Source of the DNA: Eledone cirrhosa
Taxonomy: Eukaryota
Length of the DNA: 64,000 nucleotides
Reading direction: 5' to 3'
Assembly: GCA_964016885.1 (NCBI GenBank)
Contig: OZ024756.1
Location: 22,630,001 to 22,694,000 of the forward strand
Below the pieces are notes generated by a model, which worked only from the letters and a program-made list of their open reading frames with translations, did no database searches and was not told where the DNA came from. Position 1 is the stretch's first letter; each line of letters opens with the position of its first letter. Positions 26,420 to 41,522 of the stretch are shown piece after piece. The translations under genes were made by a program, and so were the position numbers.

Positions 26420-27550
26420 GAATCGCTTCAATTTCCAGAAGCACTCTCGTCGCATCAACCTTACTCAGGCTGAACTCTCCTGTCCAACCTACAGTACCGC
26501 GATGACACTGTCATCAAACCCACTGATAGACGTGGTGCCGCGGAAGTGTAGCGCGCCCATCTCTACACGACGGAGTCCTTTCACCAGCTTCACAATACCC
26601 ATTTTTACTGACCTTTATCCTCTGATACCACCCCAGGCTACCAATAGCTCATGTCCTCCACCATTCATCAACTTTTCTCCTCCTTTTTTCATACCCCCAA
26701 CTGTTACTAAGCTTATAGTACTCACCCTAAGTACTCCCGTCATCTACTTCCTCCCCAGCACTACCTTCATTTATACCCTCACCCTTCTCACAGGCACCAA
26801 TGATTCATTCCGTATCCGTCACTCCTACACCTGCTTGTTAATCCACTTAGTCTATGCCTACTAGTGTTCCCTTTTAGGGTCATTATACATTGGACAAACA
26901 GGAAGCCGTCTGGCTGACAAGTTTGCTGAACATTTGAGGAATACACTACGGGGTATTTCTGTTTACCAGGCCACTTTTCCCTACATATCTCAGTTCTTGG
27001 TGTCCTTATACATAACGGATCACAGGCCTCACGCACCAGGACTGAACACAATCTGATTCCCCGCCTTGGATCCAGTTTCCCCAGTGGATCTTACACACAT
27101 ACCCTCGTGCTTAATTCTCTACCCCTTGGCGCTGTCACCTTTACTCCACCCGTTGTCACACACACGCGCGTAGATTCACCCCCTAGGTTCCTATGTCTCT
27201 GTTATGTTCAGAAACATACACTCTTACATCTTATACAGACGAACACAAAAACTGATACATACTTCTATATTTAAGGTCACAGCTGTGTACACACACGCAC
27301 ACACAACCTTATATACGTACACATTTGCTCAGAGCTTCGTACTTACAAACACACACACACACACATTCTATGACTTACATATACACACACACATATTTCT
27401 ATTTCTTCTTTAATTTTTCATTCTATTTAGTGATGAAGGACTAGCGTCTGAAACTTTAGGACACTTTTCCCACTATATCAAGTGTAAAACTAATTATATT
27501 TCTTTATTGTACTGTGTCGTTTGTTTTGTCATTTCTGTTTGCCTTTTGTA
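26420..27550 (+). pseudogene. Decayed Penelope-like element 3' part: GIY-YIG endonuclease and terminal region
   Basis: Reading through the stop at 26862-26864 gives FRIRHSYTCLLIHLVYAY*CSLLGSLYIGQTGSRLADKFAEHLRN, a Penelope-type GIY-YIG motif. A hammerhead-like GTGATGA...GAAAC lies at 27430-27454. Confidence 0.78.
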
Positions 27551-27814
27551 TGCACACACACAGACACACACATAATATATATATATATATATATGTGTGA
27601 AGTAATTCCATCGGAAAAGTCCAGGAAAAAAGAGTGCTCTATGTAGGCAACAGAGCTTAATTATTATTATTATGTAATAAACAACATATTCAATAAACAA
27701 CATATTCAATAAACAAACCAGGATTTTTCATTCTGAGGATTGAAAGCAAAACCTTTTGCTTTTAAGAAACCACTGGTAAATGGAATAATTGCCTTATGTT
27801 GTTTATTACATAAT

Positions 27815-27861
<47 letters not shown>

Positions 27862-28232
27862 TATATATATTATGCATCTGTAGACATGCATGTATGTATG
27901 AATATATATTATTTATTAAATTTAAATGATTCTTGACATATGAGAATATAATTTTCTCAATGCGAGATTTTAAGGTTTGTATCTGCCACGAATCATTATA
28001 ATTTAACTTTATCTAGCAATAATTATGAAAGCTGGCTATTATCTTGGAAAATAAATTATCAGAAGAGTATCTTATAGGAACTTGCATTTTATGCAGTAAG
28101 ACTGTTCAACATTCTGAAGCATCTCTACAGCCGATCTGATTCTTTACTCAGTGGTTTCATACTTTATATTCTGTATTCTGCCGAGTGTCTACGATACGCC
28201 TAACAATTACGTTCGGTATGATTATACAAAGT

Positions 28233-29107
28233 GAATTGGCTGTATCGGTAGAGGGTCGGACGCCATGCTTTGACGCATAGAGTTACGGCCCTTGCCATTC
28301 TGAGTTCAAATCCCACCGAGGTTAACTTTGCCTTTCATGCTTACAGGGTCGATAAAATAAAGTACCAGTAATGCACTGGGTTAATTGCTGGCCTTGTGCC
28401 AAAAGAAGAAACAATTATTATACAAAGCTAGGGCGGTGGATTGGCGGAATCGTTAGAGCATCGGACAACATGCTTTATGGGATTTAGTTAAGATTAAATT
28501 CCGCCAAGGTCAACTTTACCTTTCATGCTTACGAGATCGATAAAATAAAGTACCAGTAATTTACTGAGTTCGATATAGTCGACGTTCCACTTCCGCCAAA
28601 TCGCTGGCCTCCTGCCGATGCGAGATAAAATTATAATTTAAAGGGCGATGGATTGGCAGTATCGGTAGAGCATCGCGAAAGATGCTTTGTGGAAAATAGC
28701 TACGTCCTCTTACGTTCAGAGTTCACAGCGCGCCGAGGTCAGGTTTGCTTTTCAGCCTTACTGGGTCGATAAAATAATAACCAGTAAACATCCGGGGACA
28801 ATATAATCGACTTTCACCTCCCTCAGTGATGTAAGCCTTGTTCTGAAATCACAAACTATTATTAGACAAACATCAGAGGGCGGTGGATTGGCAGAATCGG
28901 TAGAGTGTCCGACAACATGCTTAGTAGCATAGAGTTATGGACCCTTTATGATCTGAGCTCAAGTCCCGTCGAGATTAACTTAACCTTTCATCCTTACGGG
29001 GTCGATAAAATAAAATACCAGTCACGCACTGGAGTCGATTTAATAGACACCCCCCACCCCCCAAAAAAAATATTGCTGGCCTTGTGCTTATATAAGAAAC
29101 CATTATT
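28233..29107 (+). mobile_element. Four head-to-tail SINE family 1 copies
   Basis: Heads at ~28233, 28430, 28642 and 28878, each with A/B boxes and the central domain. Confidence 0.85.
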
Positions 29108-29452
29108 ATATAAGGCGATATATATGTAGCTTGTCAACATGGCAGTGTGTTGATCTGACAAGGCAGGGGAAAACAACTGAGGTTTTGCCATTTACGAGAT
29201 GACAAAGAACCGAGTCTATTGGAGAGATGTGCTGGAAAGAACACGTTCAATCCATGCAAGCATGGAAAATCGAACGTCAATCGACGAGCTTGACGAAGAG
29301 GATGATGATGATGATATTCTCTTCTAAACGGTCGTAGTTTTTTTTCTGTGGAAGAGTCCATCACCCTACTCACACTCATGCATACAATTTCAGCACATAT
29401 TTATCTTTCCATGTAGATTCTGGTGCCTTATGTTTACGATTAGAATATGTAT

Positions 29453-30009
<557 letters not shown>

Positions 30010-30737
30010 ATGTGTGTGTATGAATGTACGCATGTATGTATTTATATATGTATGTATATATATATGTATGTATGTATGTATGTATATATGTATTTATGTA
30101 CGTGGATAGACCAAAGCTATCAGCAAAAGGTTACAGGAAAATAAAACACCGGTTGCACATGTCTTACACATTGTCAGTTTCCGCTTTAACGGTATTTCCT
30201 CAACAGAAAGTCTATATACGTTTCAAACCTAAACATATACTCAAATATACTGAATTTAATGAAAATGATTGAACTGCATGTCTTCTGAAGATAGCACCCC
30301 GTCTTTCTTTATTTCTTCAGAATTCCTAAAACATTGTTAGCTGAAAGGAAGAGCAACTTGTACAAACTCCGTATGTATCCATATCTCAGCTGCCTCTGCT
30401 GAACTTCAATGTAAAAATGCATTGCATTGAATAACCGTCTGCTATATCCGATTGGTAACCCATGCCATTTCATAAGTTTCCTTTCCTAACAGTGGCACCT
30501 TCGTTCCTGTTTGACAAAGAATTTCAGCAGTCCAGAAATAGACTTCACCCGTGGTCGCAATGTCAACCGGTACAGAACGATACCGGTTTATTGATGGCCG
30601 CTCACCACACTCTTGTGACATTTACAGCCGTAATGTTTCAGATATATCTAAAAACTACATTGCATAATGTGATATTTGCAAGACAATGTTTGAAATATTG
30701 CCGAGATGTTCATGGCTGGAACGGCTTTTTTCCTTAA

Positions 30738-30928
30738 GATAATGGTTTCTACTTTAGGCACAAGGCCAGCAATTACCCAGTACATTACTGGTACTTTATT
30801 TTATCGACCCCATAAGGATGAAAGGCAAAGTTAACCTCGACGGGATTTGAACTCAGACCGTAAAGAGACGTAACTATGCTAGAAAGCATAGCTTCCAACC
30901 CTCCACCCGTACTGCCAATTCACCGCCC
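30738..30928 (-). mobile_element. SINE family 1
   Basis: Reverse complement of the family sequence. Confidence 0.85.
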
Positions 30929-31449
30929 TGAAACAACAACAATAATAACATCAAACTCTTTGCCCTGGATCCCTTTCCCATTTTTCTGTGTCACTAGAGC
31001 CCCTGCCTTTTCCATCCCTTTCCGTTTTTTTTAAAATATATATTTTATTATATTACATTCCATTCTTTTTTCTAAATCTAAAATTTCTTTTCTGTTTCTA
31101 TTAAATTGTTTTTTTCCTATTATAAACATTAATTTACGAATGTTTTCTAAATAAATAGATAGAATGGTTTGATAGATATACCAACAAAAATCACAGTAAC
31201 AACATCAACACCATCCTCCTAGATTACAAGCCCTCTTTAGTCACGATTGGACATGGGCTTGCATCTGAACTGGGCCTCAACATGGCGCTATACAGGACAA
31301 AACGTTTTGTTGAAGATCATCAGTCACCCATGTATATTAATCTCCCCTGTCCACGTCATTGATGTTGTTTCAAGAGAAAGACAAGGGCTGATACACATTA
31401 ACACGATTGTCATCAGGCAACCGGGGAATCTAAAGGGCATATTCAACAC

Positions 31450-31642
31450 TAATAATTGTTTCTAGTTTTGGTACAAGGCCAGCAGTTAATCCAGTGCATT
31501 ACTGGTACTTTATTTTATCGACCTCATAAGGATGAAAGGCAAAGTTAACCTCGGTGGGATTTGAACTCAGACCGTAATGGGCCGTAACACTATACTTCAA
31601 AGCATGGCATCCGACCCTCTACTGATACTGCTAATCCACCGC
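31450..31642 (-). mobile_element. SINE family 1 (a further head fragment lies at 31832-31915)
   Basis: Reverse complement of the family sequence. Confidence 0.85.
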
Positions 31643-32887
31643 CATTCGACACTCTAACAATAAAACCAACCCACAGCTGTGTATTAGTAATCTCCCTTAT
31701 CCCCCTCCTGGGAAACGCCTTCTCCATTCTGTCCGCCGGAGCAGTGGGGCGACCAGCGCGTGGGACCCCATTTGCTCACAATACAGAGAGATGGGGAGGG
31801 CGAGAGAGATGGAGGCGATGACAGTGGGGGTTCGGCAGGATTTGAACTCATATCGTAAAGGGACGTAACTCTATGCTGCAAAGTATGGCGTCGGATCCTC
31901 TACCGATACTGCCAACCACAAAATAATGAAAGATAAACTAGAACTCAGCGGAATTCGAAAGGAAATCGCATAGGACGAGAATTTAAAAAAATGTTTAATG
32001 GCGGATCATTTTAAAGGAATCCACTAACGATTTTGCCAATCTTCCGCTTTATCATCCATCATCCCAATAACAACAATAACAAATACAAAACTACAATTAG
32101 CAGTAGCAACACTAACTATATCAAAGGCAACAATATTAAGAAAGTGATATAGAAACAACAACAGGAGGAGATGAGACTTTGGAAATACTATCAGTTTATC
32201 GATAAGTAAAATCAATTGAAATTTTGCCGATCAACAGGTTTTTTTTTTTTTTTCTTGCTTTTTTTAGATTTCCATAAGGAAATCAATCTTCATACTTCTA
32301 AACAAAGAAGGGAGAAAAACATACTATAAATAAATGATCGCAAAGAGCAAAGCGCGCCCATCATTCTGGTCACCCGATCATAACATGGCGTTTGGGAAAG
32401 TGATCGTATGATTGCAAGTTATTATTCTAAAGCAATATATCTGCAAGGAAGACATATAAATGGAACTAGATGTGTGTATGTGTGGGTGGATGTGTGAGTG
32501 AGGATGTTTGTGTGTGTGCGTGGATAAGTGTGGGTGTCTGTGCACGTAGGTGTGCATGTATGTGTACAATTGAGATATACAGTGCACTGACGTGTTTTTT
32601 GTATTATTATTATATATATATATATAGTAGGAGTATCCGTATGTATCTGTCTATTTTATATATATATATATATATATATAGGAGAGAAAGAGAAAGAGAA
32701 AGAGAGTGTGTGTGGGGATGGGATTGGGGACACCACTAATCATGTGAGTACTCAATGCATGGGGGATGCCAAGTAATACAGAAATAGGTAAAATCCCCGA
32801 CCGTGTCCCCCTCTCTCTACCTATATATATATATATATATATACATATATATAACATAGACACATAGATAAAAATATTCCTATACAC

Positions 32888-32918
<31 letters not shown>

Positions 32919-33608
32919 ATTATATATATATACTTATTGGCATATTGCCGAGAGGCAGACATAAATATTCTAAAGGAATTGTACGAGTGGAAAGTATTCC
33001 ATTGATCAAACTAACATGTTTTTGCTTGTAGCTATGCAACCGGCTACAACAATTATGGCTGTTGTTTCTGCTGTCGTTGTTATTATTATTACTATTCTAA
33101 ACAACCATTGGCCAATCTTTGACCTCTTAAATGTCGGTAGTATAGCAACAATGTGGTTCGATGTTTAAATTTGATCTATGTTTATCCCTCGTTCATAGCT
33201 ATACGATTGTCATTGACCATTCATGGATTTATGTTATGTTGTTTACTACGTCAGAAATACTCATCCATATTGATGCATTCATATTGGGAATCATTACCAT
33301 GTCTTTATTCTATTCTTATTTTTTTTTTGTAACCACAACATGTGTTGGCGGGGGCCGCAGATGCGTCGGTGTCAGTGGATAGTAGGCGGAGATCATACTG
33401 CGACACAAATGCCCATAGTTTATGTATGTTTTTGCAGCGTTTTTCAATGATTATTTCTCGAGATTCTCAAGAGCAGCACCAGCAATTGAACGAGTTTATG
33501 AGGAGATCATTGAAATTGTAATTACAGCAGATGTGATAATATCAGAAATACATTTCCTCGCTTGCTTGTTTGTTTTTTTCCATATCTATCTATCTATCTC
33601 TCTCTCTA

Positions 33609-34615
<1,007 letters not shown>

Positions 34616-35749
34616 AAATCGTTTGGACGCTGATACATGGTTTATTCTTTGGGGAAAGAGAAGCGTCAAATATATCAATACTTTCGCTTCTCCGCAGGTC
34701 TTATCGACAGGAAGGAAAATAGATCAGGAAATTAAAGCATTGGAGTAGTGATATTGAATTTTAGATATGGGGAGTAGGAAGGAAAAAAAATAGCCACTGA
34801 ATAAACGTTTGAATTCCTATGAGTAGAATGTGTAATTCCACTAGACCTACAGTCGAGATACTGTTTATACGGAGACCCAGAGCAATTAAGTGGCAAATCT
34901 TACCAAACCAATTCATATCCTAAGTACGTGGCATATCTCTGCTAGAGTAGAATTTAACTGAATGCTAAAGGACACGCTTAAGCAGCCACTGCCAACGATG
35001 ACGACTTTAAATGATCACTTGACTATAAGGTTAAACAAATATTCAGGCAGTATGTACGCGTGTACAAGTTTAATTTTATAGTAAGGAAAGATCTAAATCA
35101 TAGTAACACTGCTTAAGCTTATGGTATAGAGGTTTAGTCTCTTGCATAGAACGTCTTAGTTTATATCTGACGTTACATGGCTTTATCGTTTATCTATGTT
35201 ATTTGCTATTTACTTTATCTACGTATTATCTATTTTATTTGCTGTATTAAAGAACCGTTTGAGCTGTATGATGCTTAATTCCATTTTACATACTAGAATA
35301 TAATGTACGACAAAAGTGAATGATCTAATTCTTTTATATACTATTCTGGAAAACTAATGAATAAAAAAAAAGAGAGTAAAGAAAAATGTTCTAAAACAAC
35401 TATAGAGGAAATACTGAATGAATTGAATTATAGAACGTAAGACTCACGTCATATGGCATTATAGATATAATGGAAATTGACTGAGAACGAGGGACAGAAT
35501 GAGGGATGGATTGATTGAAGAATGGATGGTTGGATGGATTAAAAGATGAGAAAGAATTGAAGAAGAAATAAGATAAATGAAATATGGTTAAGATTAATGA
35601 AGGGACAGGAAACGGTAAGAAAAAATATTCACAATACCGGAAGAGTATTCACAGTACAAAACGGCGTGTAGCTTTCTTCAAAAGACTTACCTAAAAGAAA
35701 ACACAAAGAAAGGAAAATTGAATGAAGGTAATATCAATATAAAAATAGA

Positions 35750-35805
<56 letters not shown>

Positions 35806-35808
<3 letters not shown>

Positions 35809-36014
35809 CAGAGTATAATGATGGTTATAAGGGGCACAGAGAGTGCTAAAATGTACGTTATTCCGGGTTGAATCGGAGGTAACCACAGTAAGTAAGGTAC
35901 TCAATACATAGCAGAGTATAACAGTTTTAATATAGATGAGATTCTACAGGACTAGAACTGATGATTTCTAATGAATGAAACAGTTCTAGTCCTGTAGAAT
36001 CTCATCTATATTAA

Positions 36015-36018
<4 letters not shown>
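35806..36018. mobile_element. Palindromic element, family B, in (TA)n
   Basis: TTCTACAGGACTAGAACTGATGA...GAATGAAACAGTTCTAGTCCTGTAGAA. Related copies lie at 45068-45208, 4485-4540 and 14128-14190. Confidence 0.75.
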
Positions 36019-36090
<72 letters not shown>

Positions 36091-36214
36091 ATATATATAT
36101 ATTTGTATATATATATATATTTGTATATACAGTGAGAGACAGATTAAGGTGTGTATGATGTGTGTGTGAGCGAGAGAGTTAGAATAAATGCGTTTGTTAG
36201 CAAAAGTTATCAAA

Positions 36215-36271
<57 letters not shown>

Positions 36272-36740
36272 ACTGTCCATTTCCCGTCTTTTTTACATTG
36301 TTTTCGTCCTTCTTTAATATAGGTGCATTTGGGTTTTTTAAGAAAACAGTTATATCAATATCAACACTAACCGGTTTCACAAATTGATATCTCTCAAAGA
36401 TAGTATGAAAGAAAAGGACAAGGATCAAAGTCATAACTGTCTCTGAGGTTCCAGGTGAATACCCTCTTTCAGTTAATAATATTCTTCGCCAGAAGTAAAA
36501 CTTTCTGTTGTAATATTTCTGTTGAAATATTTCGCAATTCCTAACAGTTGACAGCCCTCAGGTTTCATCCCAATGAACAGACATTTCTTTACATATATCT
36601 CTCATTAGTTCTTTGATTTGTATAGAAATATAATACATTTTCGTTCATTTCCATTATCAGGTGTGAGAAAGAGAAAGAAGAAAGGAGAGATACAGAAAGG
36701 GGAAGAGAAAGAGGAAAGTAGATATACAGAAAAGGAGAGG

Positions 36741-36818
<78 letters not shown>

Positions 36819-37474
36819 GAGAGAGAGGATACAAAACATTTCCTATGAACTAGTGTGCTGAACTACTTTTATGAATAGCAAAGTACACACATACACTTGT
36901 ATAAACATCCACATAAATACATACATGCTTTCACACAGACAGACACCTATATATATATACACCCACAGGTGTTTGCTCGCTTATTTACCTATATATATTG
37001 GAGCATAGTTCTATAGAAAACATACACAGGTAGGTACACAAATGCGTAGGTAAATCGATAATTGACTGAATTCCATATACTCTACATATGCTGGAACCAA
37101 GCTCAGTGTTTGCCAAACGTATAAACATTATGTTTATGTTATATATAGAACTTCAAGTGCTGTTATGCAAAAGTTTATGCAACAATTGTAGGAACATTTT
37201 TGCGTAATTGAAAATACGTAGAAAAGAATAATTTACCATCTAGAAATCATATATTTAACGGGACGAGAATGTTAAGTCGGAAATCGATAACTTAACATTA
37301 AGCCATAAAACAACCTTTAAAATATATAAATATCAGTATTAAATGAATATTGAAATACAATCGACAAATCAATATCTTTTCCGAATCAACTGATCTAACT
37401 TTTCGTGCATGATGAGATATTTCACTGTATGTGAATACACATCTCTATCTATATATGTGTGTGTGTGTGTATGT

Positions 37475-37533
<59 letters not shown>

Positions 37534-37635
37534 AATGCATACCTGTGTGTGTGTGTGTGTGTGAATGTATATGGGGATGAATTTCGGTGTTTGCGAATAC
37601 ATGTCTCTCTATGGATATATGCATGAGTGTGTGTG

Positions 37636-37668
<33 letters not shown>

Positions 37669-37926
37669 CTGTGTGTGTGAGAATGAATTTTTGAGTGTAT
37701 GTATGTATGTATTCATATATTGATCTACATATCTAGATATGTATGTATATATGCCTGTATATATCTGTGTGCACGTATCCATATGCATATATGTATATCT
37801 ATATGTATATGTTTGTATTTTTATTTTTTTATGTTTTTAATGTTTCCCCATTAAAAAAATCTATTTCGTTCGTTCCTTTCTCTTTGTTAATTATCCAAAC
37901 TCTATTATATATACATATATATATAT

Positions 37927-38113
37927 CAGTGAAATTCCGTTCTAACGAAATTCACGGGCGTATAAAAAAGAATTCGTTGTAACGATAAATTATTCATAGC
38001 GATATCGACTGAAACAAATCGAGTGTTTGTTTGTGATTACCTCGGGGATTGAAAGAAATTTCGTTATAGCGAAAACAAGTTATAATGGTATTCGTTATAA
38101 CGGAATTTTACCT
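37927..38113. mobile_element. Tigger-like MITE
   Basis: CAGTGAAATTCCGTTCTAACGAA ... TTCGTTATAACGGAATTTTAC, with internal TTCGTTATA repeats and TA flanks. Confidence 0.65.
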
Positions 38114-38534
38114 ATATATATATATATGTATATTATTTTTCTGTGAATAAACACGACTACCAACACTACTTCTACAACTACTACTATGACTAAATCTCTC
38201 ACTCTATCTATAAGGCTTCATTTTACAAGAAAGATGAAGAGACCTTTTAATTTTTAATTTTTAATTTTTAATTTTTCATTCTTTTTAATTCTTTTTAATT
38301 GTAATATTCAACATTTGATGCATCGAAACCGGTTATATTTTATATATTGTATATACATTATAAAACTCCCTTTTTTAAAAGAATTGTTCCTCTCTGTTTT
38401 TCACTAATGTCACTTTGACGAATCAAAGAAGAAAAAAAAGAAGAACAGATCCTGCACTATATTTTCCGTGCTATTTCCGTTTCCACCTTTTATCTATAAC
38501 GCCTGTTTTGTATAGAAACTTACTCCATTTTCAA

Positions 38535-38571
<37 letters not shown>

Positions 38572-38951
38572 AGTGTGTGTGAGTGAGTGTGAGTGTTTGT
38601 GTGTGTGTGTGTGCATTTATGATTAAAATCAATTATGATTTTGGTCTTCTGTAGAAATTAGACAAAATCGTTATACAACATTTATGTCTCACGGGAGTAA
38701 AGAATATACTATATATCTGCTTGTTTGAAGAATTATTACACACTAATCGGCGGTTAGCTTATCTATGTTCTGCCCAAGGAGAAGATGGTAGCGCGAAGAT
38801 ATTTATAGATCAGACAAACTTAAACAGAATTTAATTTGTCTGGCAAATTTCCATGACAGTACAAGCGCTGGTGGCGTAAATGTTAAAATAGAAACCTGCA
38901 AAATGGTTTGGGGGAAAGGATTTCAAATGTATGATAAGATTTACCACTAGT

Positions 38952-38999
<48 letters not shown>

Positions 39000-39001
39000 C
39001 T

Positions 39002-39038
<37 letters not shown>

Positions 39039-39330
39039 CTAAGGCGGGTAAAATTCCCGAGATCCATGGACGAGTTCTCTCCAGCGGTCTCTGTCCCTCA
39101 TTATCGCTGCCATATCCTGCATCTCCAACAGACCAGTGTCTGTCCTTAGGGCATCAACATATGTTAACCTTGGTCTTCCCCTTCTAGTGTGTCCATGTAG
39201 GGGCTCCCAAAGGAGCACTGAGTGCAATGTCAACTCTGGATGTCGGTGAGCATGTCCAACCAACCTCAGTCTCCTCTGTGTCACTTTTGAGCTGACTTTT
39301 GGGATGCTCCCATACAGCTCTGAGTTTTTC

Positions 39331-39335
<5 letters not shown>
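39039..39335 (-). mobile_element. RTE-clade LINE 3' fragment in (TA)n (same family as 8452-8789)
   Basis: Near-identical sequence and translation to 8452-8750. Confidence 0.85.
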
Positions 39336-39389
<54 letters not shown>

Positions 39390-39417
39390 CTATACTTGGG
39401 GAGGGTCATATTTGTGT

Positions 39418-39516
39418 AATAATTGTTTCTACGTTAGGCACAAGGCCAGCAATTACCCAGTGTATTACTGGTACTTTATTTTATCGACCCCGTAAGGATG
39501 AAAGGCAAAGTTAACC
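39418..39516 (-). mobile_element. SINE family 1, 5'-truncated
   Basis: Tail and central domain. Confidence 0.8.
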
Positions 39517-39830
39517 ATATTTGTGTAATAATATTGCCAGAATTAATAACAGAACACACTGACTGTTTGGTCGGTTTTCGCTTCTGTGTCCTTTATATCG
39601 GTTAATTTTATTTTTTTATCGGTTAATATATATATATATATATACAGAGAGGATATTTATGGAATTTATTATATATGTGGTCAGGCTAACCAGTTGTCGC
39701 AGTGTACAATTTTAACCGTATATATATCTCTCTCAATATGCATGTATGTGTAGGTGGAATATAGAAAGAGGGGCGAGAGATTTAACATGTATATGAACGT
39801 GGTTGTGCTTCTGTGTGATTGTTTGAGTGC

Positions 39831-39898
<68 letters not shown>

Positions 39899-39900
<2 letters not shown>

Positions 39901-40165
39901 TTCTTTATTTGCCACAGGGGCGTACAAAAATGGGACATTACAAGACGTGCCAGCGGGGGTTTTACATAAAAATCATGTAACTTTTACATTAATAAATAAC
40001 AATGAACTCTATATAATAAAATATCACAATTGAAATCCCCCATAGGCGGGGAACGTTACTGCAGGGTTGTTTTATACCCCATGGATAGAACAACCCTCAA
40101 CACCAAGAACACGTTTTGTAGGTGTTCCCGTCTTCCCTCTGTTTATCTTCTTCAACCTACAGGTA
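39899..40165 (-). mobile_element. Tx1-like LINE 3' UTR fragment next to (GATA)n
   Basis: TTTCTTTATTTGCCACAGGGGCGTACAAAAATGGGAC resembles the 3' end at 18251-18290. Confidence 0.7.
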
Positions 40166-40177
40166 TTGGTATAGATA

Positions 40178-40437
40178 GATTTCTTTATTTACCATAAAGG
40201 CATAAAAAGAAGGGACAAATACAAAGGGGGAGTTTACATATAATCGAGTAAAAAGGGTGTAACATGAAAATAATCGAAAATAACCTCAAAAGGGAGGGGA
40301 CGTGATGGGGGTTGCACACACCCCCGAAAAAGTGTGCAATCCTTTGCCCGGGGAGCACATGGAGAAGGTGCTCCCTTCTCCTTTACTTCTTTACCTACAG
40401 GATGGTATACAGAGAAGGCCCATTTACACGAGCCATT
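40178..40437 (-). mobile_element. Tx1-like LINE 3' end fragment
   Basis: Similar to 18251-18556, including GAAGGCCCATTTACACGAGCCATT (end of ORF2) and the 3' UTR hairpin. Confidence 0.8.
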
Positions 40438-40894
40438 AGTATTGGTATAGATAGCTAGCTAGATAGATAAATTGTTAGAAGGATAGATATGTATATATAT
40501 ACTTAAGCATACGTTCTTGCATATAACGGCATTCAAAGAATTTTAAACATCAATCATGTCCTCGTTCAGTTGACAACTGAGAAAAAAAATTTACTCCAAC
40601 GGCATGGGTGTAAATGTGTAATAAACTTAGGTAGGTTCGTTTCTCAGACTAATTATAGAGTCTACCTCATAATGAATAATAATTCTCTGTGCGTTAATTG
40701 GTTATTACTGACAAAATTTGGTATTTAGAAAGGTGAATGAAAGAGAGGGAGAGGGGGAGAGAGTGAGTTTGTGTATGTATATGTGTGTGAAAGAGAGAGA
40801 GAGTGAGAGAGAGTGAGAGGGGCGAGGGAGTCAATATGAATTAACGAAGTAAGAAAATAATATATAACGACTTATATATATATATATGTGTATG

Positions 40895-40928
<34 letters not shown>

Positions 40929-40929
40929 T

Positions 40930-40974
<45 letters not shown>

Positions 40975-41226
40975 TATATATATATATATAAATATATATA
41001 TAAATGCCTATGTGTATATGTATAAGTAAATATGTATACCTATATATGCGTATGTGTATATATATACATGTATATGTAAGTATATATATATACTTATATA
41101 TATATATATACATACCTATATATATACATATACATATATAAGTATATATATGTAAATATATATATACATACCTATATGCATGCATTTATATATATAAGTA
41201 TATATATACATGTATATATATACATG

Positions 41227-41260
<34 letters not shown>

Positions 41261-41283
41261 TAAATGTATATATATATATATAC

Positions 41284-41372
<89 letters not shown>

Positions 41373-41457
41373 TATATATACACATAAATGTAAGTATATA
41401 TAAATATATGTGTGTGTATGTATATATGTACATGAGAGAGGGAAAATAGAGATAGAT

Positions 41458-41522
<65 letters not shown>

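Noticed and set aside
30140-30735. Possible coding or transposase fragment
   Set aside because: No recognisable motif and several stops in the frames examined.
36340-38340. GAAACCGGTT motifs (minus ~36370-36380, plus ~38325-38334) as hammerheads
   Set aside because: A palindromic stem III-like piece only, with no convincing core or stem I.
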